NCBI GenBank assembly: GCA_002269645.1
Contig: NIVC01004021.1
Coordinates: 119-64,118 of the forward strand
Length of the DNA stretch: 64,000 nt
Source of the DNA: Macrostomum lignano
Lineage: Eukaryota
Direction: 5' to 3'
The notes below the pieces were generated by a model. That model did not search any database and was not told the DNA's origin. It saw nothing but the letters and a program-made list of their open reading frames with translations. The number at the start of each line of letters is the position of its first letter. Position 1 is the stretch's first letter. The position numbers and the translations under genes were made by a program. Below are positions 1 to 12,100 of the stretch, one piece after another.

Positions 1-236
1 ATTATTATCATTTTAACATACTTGAAAAATAATTGGTCTGGTAATTATATATGAAACTAAGCTAATAACAAGTAGAAAGTTTTGAGATTAATTTATTGAG
101 TTGTTTTTATTATTAATTATACAGCCTTATAATATTTTTTCTTATTTATTCTTATTGCAAATGAAAATATATTTTATTTAAAAAACCTTTAACCTAAGCC
201 TTATTTTGTAATATATTTATATATAATTAATAATAG

Positions 237-630
237 CTGGCATCTGCATTGCGTGTTTGCCTCTAGCATTGTAAAAGAGCAATCTTGATGCAGCACTCAG
301 TCTTGCAATGGTCACTGGGATAATGCGCTGCTTATGCTACCTAGCCACATGACTCTGCTGCACTTCAATTGCACTGCATAGAATGGTCAAAAGATCACAA
401 CTCACATTTAACACAAAGAGGACTATGACAATACTAACAGCATTGGATTTCCTGTTTTTAGTCTCCTATCACGGCGCTAATACATGCTAATACAAGGTCA
501 CTATACCTGCTCCATTAAGACTAAGAGCAGCTAGAGCAGAATAGATGACACACACATTTACTGCCAGAATAATCCATTCCAAACAGATCCAGCCAAAATT
601 GTACTCATCACCTTGTATCAATTGTGACAT
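237..630 (-). pseudogene. Decayed 7TM/GPCR-like coding segment (TM5-TM7-like) with in-frame stops
   Basis: Manual minus-strand translation: MSQLIQGDEYNFGWICLEWIILAVNVCVIYSALAALSLNGAGIVTLY*HVLAP**ETKNRKSNAVSIVIVLFVLNVSCDLLTILCSAIEVQQSHVAR*HKQRIIPVTIARLSAASRLLFYNARGKH. Three hydrophobic helices with a basic loop, about 130 codons, 4 stops, no frameshift. The GPCR assignment is inferred from topology only. Confidence 0.4.
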
Positions 631-1249
631 TCAAACATATTATGCAGTAATATGAGCTAAGACAGTAAATAGTAATATAGTAATATAAATATAATATAAC
701 ATAATATTATATAATATAATATAATATAATCACTTTCTGGCAAATGCAAAGATCACTCGGACTCTACTTTATGAGCTTAAGTTGATATAATATTCTCAAT
801 TATCCCCTTGCTTGTTCTCCCATATCCCAAGTTTGATTTTTGTCACCTTTTTTGCCAAACCCAGCTTTTTGGCATCACTGTGAGTAGAATTAGGTATCAT
901 TTGTGTGTATAGGTCACTTAGGCTTCATTTTAGCCTTAAGTTGATAGGCCCTTTATTGTTGCATTGTTGTTTGATAGGCCTTTGAGGGTAGTTCAAAAAG
1001 TTTTGTCATTCAGTAATTTCAAAAGTTTTTTTATAAATATGTTTTTAACATTGTAAAGTACTTTTATATGAAATATATAGGGTAAAATTTTTACTTTTTA
1101 TGTCTTTTAACTGTATCCTTTCTCTACAAACTCTAAGCACTCCTTCGATTTTTAGCAAAATAGACAAGCAAGAATACTGAGCCCTCATTAATTTTTCACT
1201 CCGAAAGGGCTATAGCCAATAGCAATTGGAGAAGAGATCAAATCTATAT

Positions 1250-1370
1250 ACCCCATAACTTATCCTTCTCTGTGTACCATTAAATGACATTATAACAAAT
1301 TCATATGTGGCAAGGTAAGCCTTGAAGATGATATCCACAATGGACAACTAGCTACTAGCACCAACTAGGA
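1250..1370 (-). pseudogene. Possible upstream exon of the decayed 7TM gene (TM2-like LSIVD motif)
   Basis: Acceptor-like ctttctcctag, then VGASS*LSIVDIIFKAYLATYEFVIMSFNG, resembling the class A GPCR TM2 L(A/S)xxD motif; one in-frame TAG. Confidence 0.25.
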
Positions 1371-2035
1371 GAAAGTTAAAGCAATAGCCAAGCTGCTTGG
1401 TGAAGACCACCAAATTTGAGTTGCCACAATTGCACATACAACAAAAGCAACATAGGAGTTCCTTCAAAAGGGAGCTTAGAGATTGTTTCTAGCCTAACAA
1501 TCTCTGGCCACCAGCAATGGGTTTTTTGGGCCATACAAGGTTTTTTGGTCCTTGAAAATCTCATTAACAACTGGATTTTTGGCCTTAAAGGCCAGTCTAG
1601 TAATTTCATTTTCTTTAGGGCAGTTGCCAATTTTAAGAAATAATTTTGTAAGTATAACAAAAGTGCAATATGAATTGATATGATAGAATTATTAGTTTGT
1701 TATTGTTTATAGCATAGATAGCAATCTTAGAGTTGAGAGAACAAATTTCTACTTTTTAAATGCAGCCTTGGAAATATCCAATTCTATCTTCAAGAATTTG
1801 GCTAGGTCTAGTTGCCAATGGGCAACCAAAAATAGCCATTGGCAATTGGATTTTGAGCCCCAAAGACCAGCTAGCAATTAGATTTCCAACTTTAAAAAAA
1901 CCTAGTGCTAGTATTGCTAGATTGCAATTTGCTGGCAATAAGCATATTTAAATTATATTATCACAAATCTTCAAAATTTGTTGGGCCTAATATTTTATAC
2001 CAGCTAGATGAGTATAATAAAATGGAGTCCATGAA

Positions 2036-2705
2036 ATTTGCTTACAAGAAGTTTGCTTACTAAAGTTTGCTTGAGGGACTTTTGCTTAGGCTATGGAATT
2101 TTGCTTGCCAATGCCAAACTTTGCTTGCTAAACTTTGCTTGCCAAACTTTGCTTGCCAAAGTCTGCTTAAGCGAATGTAAAAGCAAAAGCAAGCAAAGGC
2201 TTAGAAACTTTGTTTGCTTATAGAATTATGATTTTGTATGAAGATATGGTAGTTACTAGTCAGGTAGATTTGAAAAGCCCTAATGCCTAACATAAAAATG
2301 GAAAAATTTAGTTTTTTATTAGGAATATATTTTCAACAAAAATTGGATATAATTTTGAACAATACACACATTGAATGATTTAGGCAACAAAATATATAGA
2401 ATAGATTTTTAGCAAATAAATATAAATTATAATGTACCACTAATCTGTAAATTGCTATATATCATGACTCATAATAATATACCCAATGCTTAGATACCCA
2501 AAGTTTGGCAAAGTTCCTGCAAGCAAATTTTGGCAAGCAAATTTCCTGCAAGAAAAGTTTGGCATGCAAAGTTTGGCAAGCAAAGTTCAGCAAGCAAAGT
2601 TTGGCAGGCAAAATTCTGCAAGCAAACTTTGGCAAGCAAAATTTGACAGATGGCAAGCAAAGTTCAGCAAGCAAAATTCCACAAGAAAACTTCCCGCAAG
2701 CAAAC
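2036..2705. repeat. Two degenerate about 15-bp tandem arrays in inverted orientation (foldback-like)
   Basis: 2036-2223 is built of tttgcttgccaaac units; 2500-2705 is built of the reverse complement aagtttggcaagca; AT-rich spacer between. Confidence 0.7.
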
Positions 2706-2880
2706 ATTGTATTCTCAATAAAATGATACGTAGCCTAGCCCTAGGCTAGGCCCTACAATCTAGATAAAAAACATATTGGAAAATGCAAAGCTAACTCAAT
2801 TCAAATCAAACATATGATGTGTAGGGCCTAGGAAGGTAGAAAATGAGTTATTAAAGCTTTATTTCATTCTTATTTTATAC

Positions 2881-3070
2881 TTTCATCTGATTTAGACGAA
2901 AAAGATTCTTTATTGATTTTCAATGCCATGGCTTGTAGAATTTTCTTTAATTGATTATTGAATAAGAGCAAGGCGGTGGTTCGTTTAGTTGTTTATCAAC
3001 GGAAATCAGATCGAAGAGAAAACAAGGGGAGAGTGAGTGATTTGTTTCACTGCCGCCGCCGTGTATTTAT
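2881..3070 (-). promoter_or_regulatory. TATA-box promoter, Inr and candidate first coding exon of a minus-strand gene
   Basis: Minus strand reads CTATAAATACAC (about 3060-3071), TCACTC Inr-like about 30 nt downstream, strong Kozak caagccATGg (ATG 2929-2927), MALKINKESFSSKSDE, then donor-like AAA|GTATAA at 2880. Confidence 0.45.
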
Positions 3071-4974
3071 AGCTTTGTTATTGTCTTCCGGAAATTTCTA
3101 GAAAGATTTAGCTAATTTTAACAAAGCGAAATAACCCTTTAATTATATACGTTACGAAAATACGAGTAGAATATTAACAGTTAAGTAATAAATAATTATT
3201 TACTATTTATATGCGTATGTTATAGATTAGCTGCTAACTCAAAGAAGTTTCTGGAAATATAAATCTTTTTGACTTTAGAAATCTAACGAAATTTCGAGAA
3301 AGTTATTAAAGTACGCTACGGGCTCTTCGTCTTGCTTGCTAGTCCAAATTAAAAGCCACACAAGTGGCTAACACTAACACTATCTGTTTGTGCACTAATA
3401 GCGAGCAAATGTTGCATAATATTAATAGGGACCTATATGTACTAGAAAACAAATGTACAAAATTTTGGTGTGATTTAGCTGTTATGTCAACAATTTTTTG
3501 CGCATGCATAATAGTAAGTCAGTTAGTCAGTAACCAAGTTATAGTTAAATACTCAGTCTTCTCATTTTTTCCTTTTTGTCAGACATTTCCAACAAAAATT
3601 ATCAAAAAAATTAACTTAAGATATCACAAAACTTTTACAACTGCTTTAAAGCAAGTTTTAGTTTTACGTAAAAACTTTTTTTAATAAAAAGTTTAAAAAT
3701 TATTAGTTGTTTTGTTTTTGAATTAAAAATATAAGTTGCAGTTGTTTTAGCGCGAAAGAAACGGCTTTTAAATCAGAAATACTGAACAACTCAAAACAGT
3801 CTGTATACAACTAATACAAGTAAAGACGGCATGCGGAAAGTTTAGATGGTTAGTCTTTGTTTTCCCAGGATATTTACTTCCTCATAAAAATCATTGTATA
3901 ATTTTGATAGCACCTTAGAACTTAATTAATGTAATCAAATAAGGCTTGGATCTACAATTAATGATGAGGACCACACTTGTCTATTTGAATCTTAGACTAC
4001 GGACCTAGTCGAGTTTTAATCTCCTTCTCTTTTACTCTAAGTAATTTCCCAGTCTATCAGTATGAAAATCATGCAAATCGTCTTTCAGACATCTACTTTA
4101 GTGCATTCCAATTAGTTAGCAAAGTGGGCAAAAATGAATAATTACATGTACATCGTAGGTAGAATATACATCAGTGCTATCTGTTGACGAGTTAACAGAT
4201 TTTAGCCTAAGTGTGAAAATACTTATACACATTTATTTACTTTCTGGAAATTCAAATGTCCATTCAGCAGTGCATATAAGAGAATCTCCAAGAGAGACAC
4301 ACCTAGCTCTGATCGAAAAACTCTTCTCTGTACCTGCATGAAATGCAGTAACATTACACGCAGTGTCTTTTGTTATCGGCTATGACTCTGAGATGGAAAG
4401 CTAACACTATCTGGCATGTAAGTTCAGAACCATTCTAGTCAGAAGCCAGATTTCGATAGAGCTGGTTAATTTGGCGACCGCGTGAGTGACGGTAGATTAG
4501 ATAATCTAAATTAACTAACCATACACATTTAATTGCAGCCTGTTGGTCTCTCGCGGTCATTGGTATACAGGTATTGATTAAGACTCCTATCTCAAAGGGT
4601 TAAGAGGGCGAGCCCATCAGTTAGTAGTTTTTATTCAGTCAACTTTTGGAAGTTTTTTATTTTTGGTCAAGGAAGGCTGCTGATAATTTTTTCACATTAT
4701 ATGTACAGTGTAGTTGTAAAATCATGCACTTCACCTACTTTTTATGTTATATTTTGTTTTAAAAGAGTGTCGCAGTCTTGCAGACTTCTGAATACTGTAC
4801 GAGCGTACATACACATTCCTGGTACATGTACACTGTAAAATACACGTGTCTCGTAAAACTGAAACACCAGGACTGTAAACGTAAGAAGCGCAAATTATGT
4901 CTATTAAATTTAAATATAAAAGTAGATCGCAAAGATATTGTATTCATTGCACTCTCGTAAGATGCGTTCCCAAT

Positions 4975-5785
4975 CACTGGCAGTCAAATGTCACTGGCAG
5001 TCAAATGTCACGGCAGTCAAATGTCACTGGTAGTCAAATGTCACAGACAATCAAATGTCACTGGCAGTCAAATGTCACAGACAGTCAAATTTCATGGCAG
5101 TCCAATGTCACTGGCAGTCAAATGTCACTGGCAGTCAAATGTCACTGGCAGTCAAATGTCACTGGCAGTCAAATGTCACGGCAGTCAAATGTCACAGACA
5201 ATCAAATGTCACTGGCAGTCAAATGTCACAGACAATCAAATGTCACTGGCAGTCAAATGTCACTGGCAGTCAAATGTCACGGCAGTCAAATGTCACTGGC
5301 AGTCAAATGTCACTGGTAGTCAAATGTCACAGACAATCAAATGTCACTGGCAGTCAAATGTCACAGACAGTCAAATTTCAGGGCAGTCCAATGTCACTGG
5401 CAGTCAAATGTCACTGGCAGTCAAATGTCACTGGCAGTCAAATGTCACAGACAATCAAATGTCACGGCAGTCAAATGTCACAGACAATCAAATGTCACTG
5501 GCAGTCAAATGTCACTGGCAGTCAAATGTCACGGCAGTTAAATGTCACTGGCAGTCAAATGTCACTGGTAGTCAAATGTCACAGACAATCAAATGTCACT
5601 GGCAGTCAAATGTCACAGACAGTCAAATTTCACGGCAGTCCAATGTCACTGGCAGTCAAATGTCACTGGCAGTCAAATGTCACTGGCAGTCAAATGTCAC
5701 TGGCAGTCAAATGTCACTGGCAGTCAAGTGTCACTGGCAGTCAAGTGTCACTGGCAGTCAAATGTCACTGATAGTCAAATGTCAG
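4975..5785. repeat. 17-bp minisatellite (GTCAAATGTCACTGGCA)n
   Basis: Direct tandem repeats with variant units; explains the overlapping repetitive ORFs 4897-5803. Confidence 0.95.
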
Positions 5786-6164
5786 ACTGCCGCTGATGAT
5801 TAGCATATATAATTTTAGGTTTTACAATTTTGATCATCTAGTCTGGCTATACAATTGCATTTGTAGCTCGCACTTACGGTGCTTGAACTGCCTAAATCGT
5901 ATAACTGATTACATGTAGAATATTTAACCCATTTAATGCTTTAGACTACACATGAATATTGGTAAGGAGAGACGGTCGATTTGCTGTTTAGAAGTTTTTG
6001 GAAGAAAAAAGCCTGTATTTTGCGACGCTTAAGTCCGAGATATCCGCTCAAATTTGAGATGGAATCTGGATTTCATACACTACCAAATATTGTTACTCCT
6101 ATTGATTAAAACAAAAAGTGAGCCTATTCGTTATGCTAGGTTATATTGTCCGGGACGCTTTGGT

Positions 6165-9100
6165 TCATGGCGACGGCGGCGGCGAACATCCCGGACAGTC
6201 TGGACAGGCCTGGCACCGGCCAACCGACTGCAAAGCCGGGTCCAAGTAGAACACCGTGTTGACCAGCTCTGAATTAGTCAGGTTCGGGATATTTGAAGGT
6301 GACAAGTTTTTGGATAGACAAATTAGCCACTGAAAGTAGAAATATAGGAATTCGGCGATAAAAAATCGTCTTAAGTAAAAAATATCGCTTTCATTAAGTA
6401 GTTCAGTGTAGTTGAAGGTTGCACGCAAACACACACGCATAAACTACACACTTGTATGTAAATATGTACATCCAAAAGCGTAATACTACAAAAGCAACAA
6501 TTATTAAGCATACTAACCTGGATTATAGTACTTTTGCAGCGTAATCTTCTGCGGCTGGACATCCAGCACCGGGACGTCCCGCCTCCAGGCCGACTGGACG
6601 CAAACTTCCTTCTTTGCCATTAGCTGCAACCGAAAAATTCGGCACAATGAGAATACTGGCATATGGAATGTAACAATTCAAATTCAAAGATTCTTCTTCT
6701 CTCTCATCTCCTTTCAAGTCTCTTCCCTCTTCCTTCTCCTTCCCTCTCTCATCTGGCAAGCAGTCATAAGCTCGATTCTTCATCTGACTGCAAGCCAACC
6801 CACCCGGTCAAAGTAGAAGACAATCTGCAGCGGTCCCGCCTCAACCAGCTGCAGGCCGGGCACAGCACCAGCTCTGGTGAACTCCTCCGGCGAGTAGCCG
6901 CTAGGGGAGCTGATGGTCAGGATGTACATGCCCTGCGTGCCGGAGGCGCGGGCGCACACGCTGAATGCGAAGGCCGCTCCTGGTGGCACCTTCGGCGGGG
7001 CGGCCAGACGGAGGCCGAGGCCGGAGCTCTCCGTCCAGTCGGCAACGAGGCTGCGGCGCTCCGGATCGCGCAGGTTGAACTGCCAGGCCGCGGTCGCCAA
7101 GGCGATGCCGGTGCCCTCGGCGCGGACGGTGACAGAGGAGAATTCAGCGGCGGCGTCGCCGCGGCCAAGCAGACGGCGGCGAACAACGCGACGATCGTCG
7201 GGTTCGATGTTGACCACGGTGCTGGAATTGGTGGCGGCGACGGCGGCGGCTTTGGCGAAGATTTCAATTCGGGCCCGAGTCGGTCCGGAGGCCCCAGTGG
7301 CCGTGGCGAAGGCGGCGATGGCGCGGATGCCGACCACGGTGCTCTGCGTGTCGTGGAAGCCGCCCTGGTCCGTCTGCTTGCTGACCAGCCATTGCAGGGC
7401 CGGCAAAGCCGCCTTGGCCGCCGCGGCTTCGCTGCTCGACTCGGCCAGCAGGGCGGTGAGGACGCCGTAGGCGGTGACCTCCACTGAACCCTGCGAATCC
7501 GTGACGCAACAAGAATAAAATTTAAATGGAAACAAGTGTTATTATAGCTACTCTAAGCACAAGCACCACTAGAGTTTAAAAGAATATGAAATTCATGCAT
7601 ATTTTTACTCTATACGAGCGTATGAAGGACGCAAGGTTTGCAGAAACAGAGAACATCTATTGTTCCGACAAAAAGCAGTGAAATTCTCAACTATTGGTGT
7701 TTATACTATTGATCGTATCTGAGGCTTGCTAGAGTCGCTGTAGAGCCACTGCGTTGCGTTTAAAGTGCATCTGCGTCACTGACTTTACATGTAGTAATTA
7801 TTCAATAGAATCGAATTTCGCATTGGTAAAAACTCTACGAGTATCTTTACTGCAGGAGGACTTTTTCGCGACTTTTGAGATTCTACAACGCACGTGATAC
7901 GCTCGTGACTCAACAACAGTCGCCTCTCCGTCGTATTGCAGTCGTCTGAGTTGTTAAAAAGTCGCATGAGCCGCCCAAAAGTCCTTAGAGTCACCAGTGA
8001 GTTGTTTGCAATGGCCCTGGAGTGACTATTGTTACGGTGACAACGCTTTCATCGGGATTAGTCAATTGAACACTAACCTGGCAACCAACTCTGCTCAACT
8101 TGCAGCGTTTGAAAGATCCAACTGACCGCTGCAAAATGCCTAGAAACTGTCAAGAGGAGTTCCCGCCTGGCAAGCTCACCTTCCAGAAGTACAGTCTCGC
8201 CGAGTGGTCACTCTCGGCGAGGGCATTGAAGGCCTCCCAGACGCGCTTCGCCAGGCTCTTCGTCGCGTCTCCTCCTTCGCCAGCCAGTCGGGCGCGCCAT
8301 AAGAAGTAGGCGGCCAGCGCCATGTCGCGCGTGTCAAAATCGGCCAGCCGCTGTTTGAACTCCAGCTTAAAGAGGTCGACGCAGCGGCGCAGCGCGTTGG
8401 ACACGGGCAGCAGCGGCCACTCAGGCGTCCGCAGGGCCGGCAGCAATTCCACAGCGTCTCGAACGTCCATCAGTGCGGAGCAGATGAAGGCCGACATTCC
8501 AAGAGAGGCTTTGCCGGCTTCACCTTGCAGGCTGGTGTCCAGCACCCGAGCGCCCTCGGGCTCGGTGAAGCGGCCAGACGGGTCCTGGCGGCTCAGCAGG
8601 AACATGATCGAGTTGCCCGTCACCGCAGCTGGGTCCACCGCGATGAACTCGGCCGCCTGGGCGTACACGCTGAGCACGAAGGCAGTCAGCCAGACGCTGC
8701 CGGCTGCGTCGGCCTTGCCGAAAGCGCTGTAGGAGCCGTCGTCCCGTCGGTAGGTCAGCTCCCTCTGGTAGCCGGTGCGCATGGCGTCCAGGGCCTTCTG
8801 GCGCAGGCGGGCCGTGGCGGAGCTGTCGCTGCCCGCCGAACGGAGGTACCGATAGATGAAGACCGCGGGAGCGAAGTCCACCATGTTCTGCTCGCCGCAG
8901 CCGCGCGGAGTCCGCACCAGCCCGCCGATGCCGTCCATGGCCGGGCCGAGGACGTCGCCGACCACCGACACGGACAGGAGCTGGGAGCCGGGCACCAGGA
9001 TCGACCCGTCCGCCTGGACCGCCTCCGGCCAGTAAATTTCCACCATCTCGGCGCTTTGAACCGTCTCGGCGGACGAATTGCTACCGGTTGGATCGCCCCG

Positions 9101-12100
9101 CAGGCTCAGCAGGGCAGTGACAGCCCGCCTCACCGTGCGGCCCTCCGGAAGCACCGGCAGCGTACGCGTCACCTCGTCAACCTCGGCGCGACCGTCTGGC
9201 CAGGTGGCTCTGCCAGGTTGAGGGATGCGGCGAACTCTATGTGTATGCGCTTTGATGCGGCACACATCATCTACCACACATCTACTACACATCTACCACA
9301 CATCTTTAATCAGTCTATCCGCTTTTCTCATTAATCTATTCACATCTCTAGTCTCAACCCCGCTCACCTGGCCCGCACGGTGACCGCAGCCGCCTCGGAG
9401 ACCAGTTTCGGTCGCAGGCCGAAAACCGCCAATCCGACGCCGTTTGCCTCCACATTGACAATCGCGTGCTCAGCGGGCTGTCCAGCGGCCGTCAGCGCCG
9501 TCAGTTCGAAGGCCTTCGAGTCGATCAACAGGGTGGCGTTGATGGTCAGCCGATTGGAGGAGTCGAAGTTGAACAGCAGCACCCGGAGAAGCAGCGACTC
9601 GCCGCGGATCAACGAGTGCGGCAGCGTCAGCTGGGCGAAGAATCTCTTGAAGCTCGTCACCTGGAAGGGGCGCTGCACCGTCTGGATGGCGTGCCGGCTG
9701 GAGATGCCGAACGCCGTCAAATCCCAGCTCGTGATGGTGTCTGGCAGTTGCAGAGATTCGCTGGCCCGGCCTGAGGCACTGCATTGATGGAGATTGAGTT
9801 TGAGTAGGATCACAGAGTTCGAGTTTGAGTAGGATCACAGAGTTCGAGTTTGAGTAGGATCACAGAGTTCGAGTTTGAGTAGGATCACAGAGTTCGAGTT
9901 TGAGTATAGGATCACAGAGTTCGAGTTTGAGTATAGGATCACAGAGTTCGAGTTTGAGTATAGGATCACAGAGTTCGAGTTTGAGTAGGATCACAGAGTT
10001 CGAGTTTGAGTAGGATCACAGAGTTCGAGTTTGTGTATAGGATGACAGAGTTCGATTTCGAGTAGGATCACAGAGTTCGAGTTTGTGTATAGGATGACAG
10101 AGTTCGATTTCGAGTAGGATCACAGAGTTCGAGTTCGAGTAGGATCACAGAGTTCGAATTTGAGTATAGGATCACAGAGTTCGAGTTTGAGTATAGGATC
10201 ACAGAGTTCGAGTTTAAGTAGGATCACAGAGTTCGAGTTTGAGTATAGGATCACAGAGTTCGAGTTTGAGTATCGGATCACAGAGTTCGAGTTTGAGTAT
10301 CGGATCACAGAGTTCGAGTTTGAGTAGGATTACAGAGTTTGAGTTTGAGTAGGATAACAGAGTTCGAGTTTGAGTAGGATCACCGCACACAAAGCCAAGT
10401 ACAGTAGGCTCACTCAGTCTCCACCATAGTCCAGAGCATGGTCTCGGGAAAGTAAGTCCTCTTCTGCGATTTCTCAGGCTGAGCAGGTGGTGAAGGACCT
10501 TCAGGCGCATGGGCTCGATTTATCGAAAGAGACATCATCGGAGATCCTTCATCGAACAGACGCCTCCGTTCGAAAATGGGTCTCTGGTACCTTTCTAAAA
10601 CAAGTAGTTTAACAAGTAATTTAGAAATTTATTCATATTAGACTACGTATTCCGTCACAAAATATATAATCTGATGCTTTAGCTATACCCAATTCAAAAA
10701 ATCCGTCAGTTAACAGATGCAGATTCAACGTCTAAAAATGGAAATCAGCCGTCAGGTTTAACACAGTTATTACCTATAGGTAGATTAAAGTTTATTGAGC
10801 AAGGCGCGCCTCACCTTCAGCACGCTGCCTGTGGTGAACACCCGAGACCAGCGAATCCAGCTCTTGAAGGCGCGAACGCTGCCCTTCAGCTTGCCCGTCA
10901 CGGTGTCCTCAAGGATGTCCTGGCTGCTGCGGATCAGATTCACGCTGGCATCGATGCCAGTCAGGAACACGAAGCTGTTCGGCGGGCCGGCGATGCCGAT
11001 GCGCACGCCTGCCTGCGGCTCCCCGGTGTTTTCCGTCAGGTTGCTGCTCAGCTTCAGCTGCGGGCGGGCGGGCGAGCGGCACAATGCGATCATCCCTGCT
11101 GACTGCCCGGCCACCCAGTGCGATCATCCCTGCTGACTGCCCGGCCACCCAGTGCGATCATCCCTGCTGACTCCCCGGCCACCCAGTGCGATCATCCCTG
11201 CTGACTGCCCGGCCACCCAGTGCGATCATCCCTGCTGACTCCCCGGGCAACCAGTGCGATCATCCCTGCTGACTCCCCGGCCACCCAGTGCGATCATCCC
11301 TGCTGACTCCCCGGCCACCCAGTGCGATCATCCCTGCTGACTCTCCGGCCACCCAGTGCGATCATCCCTGCTGACTCCCCGGCCACCCAGTGCGATCATC
11401 CCTGCTGACTCCCCGGCCACCCAGTGCGATCATCCCTGCTGACTCCCCGGCCACCCAGTGCGATCATCCCTGCTGACTCCCCGGCCACCCAGTGCGATCA
11501 TCCCTGCTGACTCCCCGGCCACCCAGTGCGATCATCCCTGCTGACTCCCCGGCCACCCAGTGCGATCATCCCTGCTGACTCCCCGGCCACCCAGTGCGAT
11601 CATCCCTGCTGACTCCCCGGCCACCCAGTGCGATCATCCCTGCTGACTCCCCGGCCACCCAGTGCGATCATCCCTGCTGACTCCCCGGCCACCCAGTGCG
11701 ATCATCCCTGCTGACTCCCCGGCCACCCAGTGCGATCATCCCTGCTGACTCTTCGGCCACCCAGTGCGATCATCCCTGCTGACTCCCCGGCCACCCAGTG
11801 CGATCATCCCTGCTGACTCCCCGGCCACCCAGTGCGATCATCCCTGCTGACTCCCCGGCCACCCAGTGCGATCATCCCTGCTGACTCCCCGGCCACCCAG
11901 TGCGATCATCCCTGCTGACTCCCCGGGCAACCAGTGCGATCATCCCTGCTGACTCCCCGAGCAACCAGTGCGATCATCCCTGCTGACTCCCCGGGCAACC
12001 AGTGCGATCATCCCTGCTGACTCCCCGGGCAACCAGTGCGATCATCCCTGCTGACTCCCCGGGCAACCAGTGCGATCATCCCTGCTGACTCCCCGGGCAA

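Noticed and set aside
4897-5803. Long repetitive ORFs here and at 12682-14170, 14581-15880, 17689-18135, 37199-37871, 40280-40651, 49888-50697, 58170-58548, 60065-60713
   Set aside because: Open in several frames and on both strands only because the tandem units lack stops; no coding signal.
6269-6330. Upstream acceptor ctttcag at about 6330 for the last TEP exon
   Set aside because: Gives a premature stop in the required phase; the acceptor at 6269 restores YYNP-ELVNTVFY and the Cys tail.
7730-8100. GCGACT-rich inverted motifs in the TEP intron as a MITE or an extra TEP exon
   Set aside because: Ends and TSD are unresolved; the TEP frame closes without an exon here.
6663-9838. Plus-strand ORFs overlapping TEP exons (also antisense ORFs over MED17, cyclin B and the dehydrogenase)
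   Set aside because: Shadow ORFs of GC-rich coding exons; no recognisable motifs.
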